A DNA stretch of 64,000 nucleotides from an uncultured virus (IMG/VR IMGVR_UViG_3300025695_000009) (IMGVR_UViG_3300025695_000009), one strand, 5' to 3'; numbered from the stretch's first letter, positions 9,896 through 19,459 are shown. Numbers and translations are program-made. Notes: generated by a model not told the origin, from the letters alone.

Positions 9896-10743
9896 ACTTT
9901 AATAGTTTTATCAATTAACGCTAAAATTTCATTACCCGTTAAAAACGACTCACCTAAATATGTTGACTGTGTACCACCTATAGGTGATGTATAGTCCCCA
10001 ACGAACTCTTCAAACTCTCTTTTAGACCCAAATGCTAATTTATCGTCTTTGTTATCCGTGGCGTGATACAAGTAAACTCCCTTTTTATTCTTTCTAATAA
10101 ATTCATAAAATTTCTCGCCATATTCAAAAGACTCAGGAAAATCATTTTCCTCTTCATAGTCCAATGTTATATCTGCTTCTTTTTCAAAACTCTTGGTGAA
10201 CTTAGTTATGAATTGTTCTAAGAATAGGGCACCCTTAAATGTGGCTCCCATTATTAAGTAGTTGAATATATTATCGATATTGAAATCTGTATTTCTACCC
10301 ATCAACTCGTTGATTCCTGTCATAAGTGGGTGTAATATACTAGCAAACCCTAATATTCCTGAAACGGTACCCGCAGTATACCCCATATCCTTTAATACCC
10401 CACTACCGATTTTAAGTAGTTTGGTTATTTTATTTGTAGTCTCACTTACTTTGTTTTGAATGTTTTGAGATTCTAAATATTTTTTTAGTTCCTGTCCTCC
10501 TTTAAACCTATCGTATGATTTAAAGATAAATTGACAAGTACCTGCAACTATCAGTGAGGTAATTTGGTCCTGAGTTAATTCAGGGTTACCGCCCACTAAA
10601 AAGGTATTTATCGGTTCAAATGTTGCGTCGATAACTAATGAAAATGTTGGGATTAATCTAAGGTTAAATAAAATAGATTTAACGGTATCGTCCTTTGTTG
10701 ACTTTAAAAGTTCTTCGACTTTTTTTGATTGGTATTTGCTCAT
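9892..10743 (-). CDS. hypothetical protein with hydrophobic helices
   Basis: 283-aa ORF. Confidence 0.7.
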   Translation of the reverse strand: MSKYQSKKVEELLKSTKDDTVKSILFNLRLIPTFSLVIDATFEPINTFLVGGNPELTQDQITSLIVAGTCQFIFKSYDRFKGGQELKKYLESQNIQNKVSETTNKITKLLKIGSGVLKDMGYTAGTVSGILGFASILHPLMTGINELMGRNTDFNIDNIFNYLIMGATFKGALFLEQFITKFTKSFEKEADITLDYEEENDFPESFEYGEKFYEFIRKNKKGVYLYHATDNKDDKLAFGSKREFEEFVGDYTSPIGGTQSTYLGESFLTGNEILALIDKTIKV

Positions 10744-10919
10744 AACATGTCTTTTATTCTTTTGGGTAATGTATTACGGTTTTTTGCCCACTTCATTTGT
10801 AATTTAAAACTGGTTCTTATTTGAGAATCTTCTTCATCAGTGATAATATTACCGTCAGTGTAAACTTTATACATTAATAAATCTAAGAATTTGTTTTTAG
10901 TTGCTTTATTATGTTCCAT
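10740..10919 (-). CDS. small hypothetical protein (59 aa, not in ORF track)
   Basis: MEHNKATKNKF...; ATGA overlap with downstream gene; TATTTAT at 10944-10950. Confidence 0.55.
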   Translation of the reverse strand: MEHNKATKNKFLDLLMYKVYTDGNIITDEEDSQIRTSFKLQMKWAKNRNTLPKRIKDML

Positions 10920-10967
10920 ATTTTACATACCTTTTATACAATAATAAATATAGTCAAACAATAATAA

Positions 10968-11573
10968 ATGGAAGTTAACGTAATAATCATAGACAATTTT
11001 TATCAGGACCCTGACTCGGTTAGAGAGTTTGCTCTTAATCAAGAGTTTGGTGTTCAAGGTAATTACCCTGGTAATCGTACCATATCTTTTTTAGATGATG
11101 AATTAAAACACTATATAAATTCAATAATTAAACCCCACGATGGTGAAGTAGTTTACTGGGGAGATAGTGAGGAATCATGTTATACAGGAGCGTTCCAACT
11201 AACAACCGCACAGGACAGAACGTGGATACATTCTGACCAAACAACGGGTTGGGCCGGTGTTTGTTATCTAACCCCTAACGCTCCACATACAGGAGGTACA
11301 GGACTATTCAGACATAAGGAAACTGGGTTATATAAAGTCCCTAGAGATGAGTATGGTAATAAAGTAAGTTACGACCACGAATTAATGGATGAAGTTAGTA
11401 GGGATTATCAAGACTACACTAAATGGGAAAGGGTTGATACCGTAGGTAACGTTTATAATAGATTGGTACTTTATCGTGGAGATATTTTCCACGCATCCTT
11501 AGATTACTTTGGTAATGATTTAGATGATGGTAGATTGTTCCAAACGTTCTTCTTCAGTACTGAAAACTCTTAA
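10968..11573 (+). CDS. 2OG-Fe(II) oxygenase (DUF6445-like)
   Basis: IIDNFY.DPD, YPG.R, WIHSD, GGTGLF, YNRLVLY, FH, RL.QTFF. Confidence 0.8.
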   Translation: MEVNVIIIDNFYQDPDSVREFALNQEFGVQGNYPGNRTISFLDDELKHYINSIIKPHDGEVVYWGDSEESCYTGAFQLTTAQDRTWIHSDQTTGWAGVCYLTPNAPHTGGTGLFRHKETGLYKVPRDEYGNKVSYDHELMDEVSRDYQDYTKWERVDTVGNVYNRLVLYRGDIFHASLDYFGNDLDDGRLFQTFFFSTENS

Positions 11574-11577
11574 AAAC

Positions 11578-11609
11578 AAAAAAAGAGGGCTTAATGTCCT
11601 CTTTTTTTT
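11578..11609. terminator. bidirectional intrinsic terminator
   Basis: A-tract GAGGGC-TTAAT-GTCCTC T-tract between convergent genes. Confidence 0.75.
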
Positions 11610-11631
11610 GTTATATGTTTTTTTATTTAAA

Positions 11632-12894
11632 TTATAAGTTTTTTAAATGTGGTGGTAATAAACTAACTGGTATACCGAATTTCTTTTTTTCGGGTTTTCC
11701 TTTAAAGTTACGACCATCAATACTAAATTCGTATCCACTAGTATGTGCCCACGTTTCGTAACCCCTATTAAGAACTTGTCCTATTTGGAATGGGAACCTT
11801 ACCTTATATGGGTTATCAATACTAACAATTTCACCGTTAGGGTGTTTTTCTACTGTTAATGTTACTCTAGGGTTAACTATCTTTCTAAATATTACTTTAT
11901 CGACTCTTCTATTCATAAACGAATCACTTTCATTAAGACTATTAAGTTTATTTGAAATTTCGTCTTTATTAGAGTATATGTACGCCAATACTTCAGGTCT
12001 CAAATACTTCTTAACCTCGTCATTGAATATATCATATACTTGGTCAATATCTCTTTCTCCGCCATCGACAGGTAAATACTCATCGACTTCTTCCTTTGAT
12101 ACTTTAGGGAATTTTATGGTGTGTTCTTCACTATAGTTAATTTTTAATCCTAAAGAGTTATCACCTATTTTACCAGAAACTGGTTTTTCTGATTTGAAAT
12201 TTTTAAGTATTTCGTCTTTTACCCTTTCGATATCATAAATAACATAATTAAATGACCTTTCTTCTTTAATGATATAACAGAACATATATAAAATGTCAGA
12301 AGGAAAACAAGTATCTAAAAACTCTCTTTTAACTGTATCACTATCTTCAGACATTAAAAACTCTTTAACTGTTTCGTAATCAATACCACTCTCATTTTTA
12401 AAGTCGTTAAACTTTCTTAGGAATGAACCAATACCGTAACGTTCTTTATTATCTTTTACTAACTTCAATGATATCTTCTTCACACCTGAATTTTTACTGA
12501 TTATAATATCAGAGATAGGGTTTTTATCATTATTTTCAGGGTCTTCATATGTTAGTTTTGCGGTAGTGTCTCCGCCAAATAAACCAGCAACCAATCCTTC
12601 AAATGCGAAACCTCTACCATCCGTTGTTGTTGAAAGTCTATTCCAGTATTCGTGAAAACGGATTTTATCTTTTAATTTAAGGGAGTCTGATTCATTAGAC
12701 CCTAAATCGTATGATTGATTTAACCTTAAAGAGTATCTCATCTTATTAGTGGATAAAATTCCTCTAATCATATCTGATGATGCGATGTTGTCTGAATGTA
12801 TACCACCCAATAACTTAATTGCCTTAACAATGTAATCCTCAGACGCTTCGTTTAAGATACCTGCAATTTGTTTATTTGTGAATTTTAATTTCAT
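11632..12894 (-). CDS. late protein with possible PD-(D/E)xK nuclease domain
   Basis: GFAFEGLV...SDII...ISLK; MKLKFTNKQI/LNE propeptide; TATTTAT at 12916-12922. Confidence 0.5.
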   Translation of the reverse strand: MKLKFTNKQIAGILNEASEDYIVKAIKLLGGIHSDNIASSDMIRGILSTNKMRYSLRLNQSYDLGSNESDSLKLKDKIRFHEYWNRLSTTTDGRGFAFEGLVAGLFGGDTTAKLTYEDPENNDKNPISDIIISKNSGVKKISLKLVKDNKERYGIGSFLRKFNDFKNESGIDYETVKEFLMSEDSDTVKREFLDTCFPSDILYMFCYIIKEERSFNYVIYDIERVKDEILKNFKSEKPVSGKIGDNSLGLKINYSEEHTIKFPKVSKEEVDEYLPVDGGERDIDQVYDIFNDEVKKYLRPEVLAYIYSNKDEISNKLNSLNESDSFMNRRVDKVIFRKIVNPRVTLTVEKHPNGEIVSIDNPYKVRFPFQIGQVLNRGYETWAHTSGYEFSIDGRNFKGKPEKKKFGIPVSLLPPHLKNL

Positions 12895-12946
12895 AATTAA
12901 TTAAACGTATAGTATATAAATATTCGATTTATTGGGTTTTTTGATT

Positions 12947-12954
12947 TATCTTTG
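12947..12954 (+). promoter_or_regulatory. Bacteroidota sigma70 -7 element
   Basis: TATCTTTG upstream of 12992. Confidence 0.55.
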
Positions 12955-12991
12955 TCAAATACAATTATAAACATAGTAATTTAAAATTAAA

Positions 12992-13231
12992 ATGGAAGAT
13001 AATAAGTTTTATGAAGTTTCTAAGGTGAGTGATATTATTTTTGTAGAAACTAATATTGGTGGAATTATTGAGACAAAAAAGGGTGTGATTATCAATAATC
13101 GTGTTGAGATTAGTGAGGGTAATAACTTTAGTTTTAATGGGGATGTTTATAAAGTCGATACTAAACCTGATGTTATATCATACGGCCCATCAGGATGGGT
13201 TAAGGTTACTTTCAGAACAAAAAATCACTAA
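12992..13231 (+). CDS. hypothetical protein
   Basis: 79-aa ORF with A-rich start context. Confidence 0.65.
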   Translation: MEDNKFYEVSKVSDIIFVETNIGGIIETKKGVIINNRVEISEGNNFSFNGDVYKVDTKPDVISYGPSGWVKVTFRTKNH

Positions 13232-13340
13232 AATGTTGATTTTTTTACGATTAACACATATTTATTAGTATACTCGCAATATTACCGATTTTAATTTACC
13301 AAAGTAAGATTGAGAATAACATACCAAAAACAATATTTTA

Positions 13341-13367
13341 AAAGAACCCTTCGGGGTTCTTTTTTTT
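13341..13367 (+). terminator. intrinsic terminator
   Basis: AAAGAACCC-TTCG-GGGTTCTTT plus T-tract (UUCG loop). Confidence 0.85.
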
Positions 13368-13385
13368 GTTGATTAATCTCAAAAT

Positions 13386-13583
13386 ATGTTCTATACTTTT
13401 CATATGAACAAAAAGGATAAATGCGTTATCTGTGGACAAGACAGTCCCTATTCAATAGACACACCGATTTATAATCGATACGGATACATCGAAGGTGCTG
13501 GTCAAGGGTGTGCAACCAATGAAGATACGTGTGAAAACAAATTAATCGTTCGTAATAAACAAATTCATTTAATAAAAACATGA
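13386..13583 (+). CDS. small Cys-containing hypothetical protein
   Basis: CVICG...R.GYIEGAGQ.C; ATGA overlap with cysC. Confidence 0.65.
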   Translation: MFYTFHMNKKDKCVICGQDSPYSIDTPIYNRYGYIEGAGQGCATNEDTCENKLIVRNKQIHLIKT

Positions 13584-14035
13584 TATACTGGTTCACAGGA
13601 CAACCTGGTCACGGTAAGACCGTATTAGGTAAAACATTAGTAGAGTATTTAAAAATTAATTACCCACATAAGAAAGACATCTTTCATGTGGATGGTGATG
13701 ACTTAAGGTCTCTCACAGACAATAAGGATTATAGTAGAAAAGGTAGAGAGGCCAATATCGAAAGAGCTCAAAACATTTCTCAGTACCTTAACAACAAAGG
13801 TTATGACGTAGTAGTTTCGTTAGTAGCTCCTTACGAAGAAATGAGACAGAATTTTAAAAACCGACTTGACGGAGAGGTAAAAGAGTTCTATGTTCATACT
13901 ACAGAGATTAGAGGGAGAGAACATTTTCATAGTGATGAATATGAAAAACCAACTGAAGATTACTTAGATTTAGATACTACGGACACTCCTGTAGAATCTA
14001 GCTTGGTAGAAATAATAAACTATATAAAACTATAA
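13580..14035 (+). CDS. cysC: adenylylsulfate (APS) kinase
   Basis: WFTGQPGHGKT P-loop, VDGDDLR, YSRKGREANI, VSLVAPY, YEKP. Confidence 0.85.
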   Translation: MIYWFTGQPGHGKTVLGKTLVEYLKINYPHKKDIFHVDGDDLRSLTDNKDYSRKGREANIERAQNISQYLNNKGYDVVVSLVAPYEEMRQNFKNRLDGEVKEFYVHTTEIRGREHFHSDEYEKPTEDYLDLDTTDTPVESSLVEIINYIKL

Positions 14036-14038
14036 AAA

Positions 14039-14197
14039 ATGGAAAGCAATTCAATTATTTTCAATATTGATGGATTAGACACACCGATTTTAGAACTTAG
14101 AGAAAATGGAGACATTTATGTGAAGGGTAAATTAATCGAGAATGATGTCGAAGTAGTAGAAGCACTACGAGAATTCATCCAAGAGCAAGTAAACTAA
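14039..14197 (+). CDS. small hypothetical protein (52 aa, not in ORF track)
   Basis: MESNSIIF...ENGDIYVKGKLIEND; fills the operon gap. Confidence 0.65.
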   Translation: MESNSIIFNIDGLDTPILELRENGDIYVKGKLIENDVEVVEALREFIQEQVN

Positions 14198-14225
14198 TAA
14201 ACATTAATTAAAAACAATTTGAACT

Positions 14226-14624
14226 ATGGCGGAATTTAAAGCAACTGCAGACAAAGAAAGTTCATCGACTGAAAAGAAATATTCTTTCTTTATTGGTAGA
14301 TGGCAACCTTGGCACGCAGGCCATCGCTGGTTGATTGACCAGAGACTGAATGAGGGTAAAAATGTATGGATAGCAATTAGAGATGTTAAGCCAGACGATA
14401 AGAACCCTTTTACGGCAACCGAAGTATTAAAGAATCTAACAACAGAATTAGAAGATTTAATCAGAGAAGGTAGGATATTCATTAATATCGTACCGGACAT
14501 TGAGTCCATTAATTATGGAAGAGGAGTGGGATATGATGTTATCGAACACGTACCACCACAACAAATTCACGATATTTCAGCGACTAAGATACGTGAACAA
14601 ATGAAGGCTGAAGGTAAAATATGA
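14226..14624 (+). CDS. HIGH-family nucleotidyltransferase (cytidyltransferase-like)
   Basis: IGRWQPWHAGH and ISATKIR motifs. Confidence 0.8.
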   Translation: MAEFKATADKESSSTEKKYSFFIGRWQPWHAGHRWLIDQRLNEGKNVWIAIRDVKPDDKNPFTATEVLKNLTTELEDLIREGRIFINIVPDIESINYGRGVGYDVIEHVPPQQIHDISATKIREQMKAEGKI

Positions 14625-14845
14625 CAAAAAAAACTAAAGTTTCGTTAAAGAGACACGTTTTAAAAACAATTACATGGCGTATCGTTGGTACGATTGATAC
14701 TATGGTTTTAGGATGGGTAGTCTCGGGAGACCCAATAGTTGGGTTAACGATTGGAGGTTTTGAAGTAGTGACTAAAATGATTTTATATTTTTTTCACGAA
14801 AGATTATGGTATCGTAGCGATATCGGATTAGACAGAGAACAGTAA
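14621..14845 (+). CDS. DUF2061 family membrane protein
   Basis: KTITWRIVGTIDT...KMILYFFHERLW. Confidence 0.85.
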   Translation: MTKKTKVSLKRHVLKTITWRIVGTIDTMVLGWVVSGDPIVGLTIGGFEVVTKMILYFFHERLWYRSDIGLDREQ

Positions 14846-14850
14846 TAACT

Positions 14851-15192
14851 ATGAAAAATCATTTTGAATGGGATGTGATAATGGAGGAGTATCCACATTC
14901 ATTTAAGTTTTTTAGAGAGACAGTATTCCCAAATACTACGATAGTAAACAAAAGTATACTGTCTCTTTATCACGTTAGAAACCTATATAACTTCTTTGAT
15001 TCTGTTGGTGTATTACTCACCGTAGAATGTATTGGTGAGAATATATGGTTAGGTAACATTCAATTGAGGAGTGGTTTTTCATTCTCAGTTTCAGGTTCAC
15101 ATATGAACCGAATTGATTTGGAGGTTGCTGGATTCACAGAGTGTTTTCAGCAACTTAACAAACGTTTAATAAACTTAAAAAATAAAAAGTAA
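14851..15192 (+). CDS. hypothetical protein
   Basis: 113-aa ORF in operon. Confidence 0.65.
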   Translation: MKNHFEWDVIMEEYPHSFKFFRETVFPNTTIVNKSILSLYHVRNLYNFFDSVGVLLTVECIGENIWLGNIQLRSGFSFSVSGSHMNRIDLEVAGFTECFQQLNKRLINLKNKK

Positions 15193-15248
15193 TTGTTTTA
15201 TTTTTTAAAAAACTATGTTAACTTATAATAACATAAAATATCAATCTA

Positions 15249-15983
15249 ATGATAAATAAAGAACTAAACGTAAGAGAGCTTAAGTACGATTTCCTTAAAA
15301 ATGGTATTGTAACCATTAAGGATTGGTTGGAACCTGAGTATGCGAATAACTTATGGAATCACTTAAATGATATGCCTCAAGATTGGTGGTTTGTATCTTC
15401 TAGACCTGCGGTTGACGGGGATATGCACGTAACACGATGGATACCAGAAAATGAGAAATACATTAAGGATTCGGATAAAGTCGCAAGGGAATCATTCAAT
15501 AAAGGAATATTTTCATATTCGTTTAGAAGAACTAATGATGACCACGTACCTGAATGTCGTTGTCACGAATGTGTCTTTAGAGAAGACTTACTATCTGATG
15601 AAGTGGTAGGGTTCTTAGATTATATTACGAGTTATAAAGTTACTAAGATTAATGAGTTATTTGCGTCGTGGTATACTGATGGGGATTTCTTAGGACCACA
15701 TAGTGATGGACCTAACGGAGTTTTAGGGTTTGTTTATAACTTAAGTAGTGATTGGAAACCTCATTACGGTGGAAATTTACATTTTCAAAATAATGAAGAT
15801 GAGAGCTTGATTGAGAAAATTAATGTACCTAAATTTAACACGTTGACGATGTTTGACCTTTCAACCAGTATGGGACATATGCATTTTGTTTCAGAAGTGG
15901 TTAAGGGAGTTCCGTCAAAGAGAATGGCTTTCGCTGGATGGTGGGGTCAAAACGATGAAAATAAAAATACAATAAATTATTAA
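15249..15983 (+). CDS. 2OG-Fe(II) oxygenase (prolyl-hydroxylase-like)
   Basis: GDFLGPHSD, W..YGGNL, PKFNTL..F, HFVSEV, R.AFAGW. Confidence 0.85.
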   Translation: MINKELNVRELKYDFLKNGIVTIKDWLEPEYANNLWNHLNDMPQDWWFVSSRPAVDGDMHVTRWIPENEKYIKDSDKVARESFNKGIFSYSFRRTNDDHVPECRCHECVFREDLLSDEVVGFLDYITSYKVTKINELFASWYTDGDFLGPHSDGPNGVLGFVYNLSSDWKPHYGGNLHFQNNEDESLIEKINVPKFNTLTMFDLSTSMGHMHFVSEVVKGVPSKRMAFAGWWGQNDENKNTINY

Positions 15984-15984
15984 T

Positions 15985-16614
15985 ATGAAATTTAAAGACA
16001 CAGTAGGTTATTTTGAATCTGCATTTACAGTTGAAGAGTGTGATGCTCTATTAGAGAGGTTCGAAAGAGCAAAAACATTAAAGTTGGCATATTCAGGTCA
16101 ATCAGGTATGGGGGTTAATGATAGTATCAAAACTTCTACAGATTTCGACCTACTTACGTCACCTATTGAAGATGATATTATTTTTGGGTACAGTGTTATC
16201 GAAAAATTTAATGATATCATCATTAACCAATACTTAGGTAATTTCCCACATAAAGAAGAATATTCTGCGGGTGATGACTTATTCCAAGCACAAACATTCT
16301 ACGAGTTATTACAAATTCAAGAATACCCAAAAGCTAAAGGTCATTATAATGCATGGCACGCAGAAACAGGTAACTTCGAAATGAGTAGACGATTATTCTC
16401 ATTCTTACTTTATTTAGATGATGTAGAAGAAGGTGGTGAAACAGATTTCTTATATGTTCAAAATGATGAAGGTGAAATGTTATCAATTCAACCAAAGAAA
16501 GGGACTTTATTAATTCACCCAGCATCTTTCCCATACATACATAGAGGAAGAACACCGGTTAGTGGAGATAAAACAATTTTAACTACGTGGTTATCATATG
16601 AACCAGAATACTAA
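15985..16614 (+). CDS. 2OG-Fe(II) oxygenase (P4H-like)
   Basis: WHAE, LYLDDVEEGGET.F, PKKG...HP...HRG, K.ILTTW. Confidence 0.85.
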   Translation: MKFKDTVGYFESAFTVEECDALLERFERAKTLKLAYSGQSGMGVNDSIKTSTDFDLLTSPIEDDIIFGYSVIEKFNDIIINQYLGNFPHKEEYSAGDDLFQAQTFYELLQIQEYPKAKGHYNAWHAETGNFEMSRRLFSFLLYLDDVEEGGETDFLYVQNDEGEMLSIQPKKGTLLIHPASFPYIHRGRTPVSGDKTILTTWLSYEPEY

Positions 16615-17209
16615 TATAACACAAAAGACTTTATCGAGAGCGTTTTATGAGGTTATGTCAGATTTGTCGACCTCAGAAGATGACCCGGTAGTTTTAGGAT
16701 GGAGAGACAGAGAGAGTCAAACTAAAAGGTTTGATGTCTTTGTCGACCATTGTGTGAAGAGTGGGGATACAGTTATGGATTTCGGTTGTGGAACTGCTGA
16801 CCTATACCCATACCTAAAAGATAAAGGTGTGGATGTTACTTATACAGGTATCGAGATTATGGATAGTTTTATAGGTAAAACAAAAGAAAGATTTAATGAT
16901 GAAATCCGTATCTTAGATACTAATGTACTATTCTTTATGGAGAAATTTGATTGGGTATTTGCCAGTGGAGTTTTTTCTGTTGGATTTACAACTGAGATGT
17001 TAATGGAACACATCGAACATTTAGTTTCTATTTCTAATAAAGGGATATGTTTTAATTTATTAGATAAAAATAACTTTAAAGGTGATGTTCAGGTATCTTT
17101 TGAATCTGAAGATATCGTGAATAAGATTGATACTCTTATACCTAATTTGACCATAAAGATTATAAACAATTACTCAGATGATGACTTCACGGTTATCATC
17201 ACCAAATAA
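16598..17209 (+). CDS. class I SAM-dependent methyltransferase
   Basis: VMDFGCGTAD, YTGIE, FDWVFASGVF. Confidence 0.85.
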   Translation: MNQNTNITQKTLSRAFYEVMSDLSTSEDDPVVLGWRDRESQTKRFDVFVDHCVKSGDTVMDFGCGTADLYPYLKDKGVDVTYTGIEIMDSFIGKTKERFNDEIRILDTNVLFFMEKFDWVFASGVFSVGFTTEMLMEHIEHLVSISNKGICFNLLDKNNFKGDVQVSFESEDIVNKIDTLIPNLTIKIINNYSDDDFTVIITK

Positions 17210-17310
17210 AAAAATACGGTTTTTACTACTTATATAGTGAAAAATATTAATTCTCCGCTTTATTATCTTAAATAATATTCGTAGTTTTGTATAAATAAAA
17301 AAATAATAAA

Positions 17311-18207
17311 ATGCCTGATACACAATTTAAAAGTTTAGCCCTCTTACTATCACATAAGTTAAACGCGATTATAGATAAGGTTAATACGAACACTAACTCT
17401 AAAATTTCCAAAAGCGGAGGTGAGTTTACAGGTCCTATTGTTTTCTCTTCTATTTCAAGTAATATATACCCATCAAGTTCAAGTGTCTACACTATTGGTA
17501 GTGACACATCAATGTATAACAATGTCCATACCAATAACTTAAATGTTGGTAATATTCTTAGTATTAATACTGAGAGTGACAGAGTTTCATTCAATTTTAA
17601 ATCTTCAGATGGTACAGATACAGATAGTATTCAAATTATTGATGGAGGGTTAGTTAGGATTAATAATTCATATAACTTACCTATTACAGGTGGGGAAGTA
17701 GGTCAAACATTATTCTTAGATGAAGATGGTGACTTATATTTTGATTTCCCTAATGACGATACAGAGTCTTCAGACTATGCAAAGTATATCTTAGAACAAT
17801 CGTTTATTGGTGATGGTGAGACAATCGAATTTACAGTAAGTGCTACAAATCTTAATCAGGTTATGTTTGTGGAGATTAATGGACTAATACAGAAAGAGGG
17901 AACGGACTTCACTGTGGATAACAAGACTATCACATTTAGTGAACCACCACAAATAGGTACTGAAGGAACTATTAAGTTTTGGGGTAACGATATTAATAGT
18001 GTGTTTAGTAAAACAGATATTGTCACAGATGGTGAGGAAACATCATTTACTACTGATACACCATTAACAACTATCGTATATGTAGAGATTAATGGACTCG
18101 TCCAAAAAGAAGGGGTGGATTATAGTGTGAACGTAGATACGAACACCGTTCTATTTTCAGAACCATTCGGGGAACCTTCTACAGGGACCATCTTATATAT
18201 CTCCTAA
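17311..18207 (+). CDS. putative virion structural or fibre protein with two repeated beta domains
   Basis: KSGGEFTG motif; duplicated DG...F...VEINGL.QKEG.D..V....FSEP domain. Confidence 0.6.
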   Translation: MPDTQFKSLALLLSHKLNAIIDKVNTNTNSKISKSGGEFTGPIVFSSISSNIYPSSSSVYTIGSDTSMYNNVHTNNLNVGNILSINTESDRVSFNFKSSDGTDTDSIQIIDGGLVRINNSYNLPITGGEVGQTLFLDEDGDLYFDFPNDDTESSDYAKYILEQSFIGDGETIEFTVSATNLNQVMFVEINGLIQKEGTDFTVDNKTITFSEPPQIGTEGTIKFWGNDINSVFSKTDIVTDGEETSFTTDTPLTTIVYVEINGLVQKEGVDYSVNVDTNTVLFSEPFGEPSTGTILYIS

Positions 18208-18483
18208 AAATCGACGAAGTCGTAACCGGCGCATGAAAGATGGAACAAAGTTAATTTAAGACCTTTAATCGGGTCTTTTTTTATACGTATAACTTAAGAC
18301 AACCTCAACAAATCGACGCAGTCGTAACCGGCGCATGAAAGATGGAACAAAGTTAATTTAGGGTTTCCCCGAGAGAATGTACAATTAATTAACCTTTCTT
18401 CATTAACCATCTAAAATCACCTGACCCAACAATTCGACGGAGTCGTTTCCGGAGTATGAAAGATGGTACAAAGTTAATTTAAG
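18208..18483. repeat. three ~52-nt direct repeats with unique spacers
   Basis: AATCGACG(A/C/G)AGTCGTAACCGGCGCATGAAAGATGGAACAAAGTTAATTTA at ~18208-18260, 18310-18360 and 18431-18483 (third copy diverged). Confidence 0.9.
18258..18282 (+). terminator. intrinsic terminator within first inter-repeat spacer
   Basis: AAGACC-TTTAATCG-GGTCTT plus T-tract. Confidence 0.6.
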
Positions 18484-18521
18484 TCTTCTTTCTTATATCT
18501 CTTAAAAGTATTCTAAAATAC

Positions 18522-18576
18522 ATCAGTAATTCGTTAACCCACTCCCATTCGGTCGTGGCAAACACGATTTACTGAT
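18522..18576. other. imperfect stem-loop
   Basis: ATCAGTAATTCGT/ACGATTTACTGAT outer stem; inner CCAC/GTGG. Confidence 0.6.
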
Positions 18577-18603
18577 TTACTTAAAATGGATAGGAGTGAT
18601 ATC

Positions 18604-19335
18604 TTATGAAGAAGTTCTAAGGGGTAGTGCTAGTATTTCCTCTATGAGAGGTATAATACGTTTAGCTACTGAGGGGAGTAAGTTTAATGAGATTTCACTT
18701 TCGGAATGTGTATAATTATCGATGTTTTCAACATCAACAGACATGGGACACATTTCAATTAGTTCCTTCTGATACTCCATAATAGAGTTTATAAGTTCCT
18801 GTGGTCGAGTTTCGTCCTCTAAGTATTCTGTGATAGTGTACCTAATATGACTGAAGTGTTTCTCTAAGAGGTATTCTGCCATATCATTCGGGGTGTAGTT
18901 AGGACTTATGACGTTTTTAACTACATACTCTTCATCTATGTCTAAACCATAATCCTTATCTATGATGTTTTCATTCATATATATCTTACGGAATATTACA
19001 TATTCTAATAGGAATATATTAGGAACATCTTCTATGGGATTATCTGTGAGTATTTCATTAATGAGAGTAAAGAATAGAAAACGAACATCATTAGTGACTT
19101 TCCCTTCTATTAGTCTTATGAACTCTAAGTCATATTCATCAGAGATATTATAACTAACAAATTTGTCACTACAGTTAATAAGGTCTTCTCTTAATGTAAG
19201 AATATCTTGTATATAATCTTCTTTGTTCTTATATTTGGTAATAATACTTTGGATACTTTCTTTAATGGGTTGAAGGTATCTTTTATTCCATATAGTGTTA
19301 AGAAATACTCTGTACTGTTGAGTATGTATTTTCAT
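18604..19335 (-). CDS. hypothetical protein
   Basis: 243-aa ORF. Confidence 0.65.
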   Translation of the reverse strand: MKIHTQQYRVFLNTIWNKRYLQPIKESIQSIITKYKNKEDYIQDILTLREDLINCSDKFVSYNISDEYDLEFIRLIEGKVTNDVRFLFFTLINEILTDNPIEDVPNIFLLEYVIFRKIYMNENIIDKDYGLDIDEEYVVKNVISPNYTPNDMAEYLLEKHFSHIRYTITEYLEDETRPQELINSIMEYQKELIEMCPMSVDVENIDNYTHSESEISLNLLPSVAKRIIPLIEEILALPLRTSS

Positions 19336-19459
19336 TGTATTAATATTAAGAAAGATTATTATAGTTTTACTTAAAAAGTAAACAAAGGTCCGCGGCCTGT
19401 AGTGATAAAATAATTATAAAAAAATAAAAGTGTAGTGATAAAAAAACATAGGGATAATC

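Noticed and set aside
13279..13287. TATTACCG complementarity to the 16S 530 region
   Set aside because: Only 8 nt, which is expected by chance.
18208..18483. CRISPR mini-array
   Set aside because: Repeats are ~52 nt, spacers unequal (~50 and ~70 nt) with one holding a terminator, no GTT...AAC-type ends, and no cas genes in the window.
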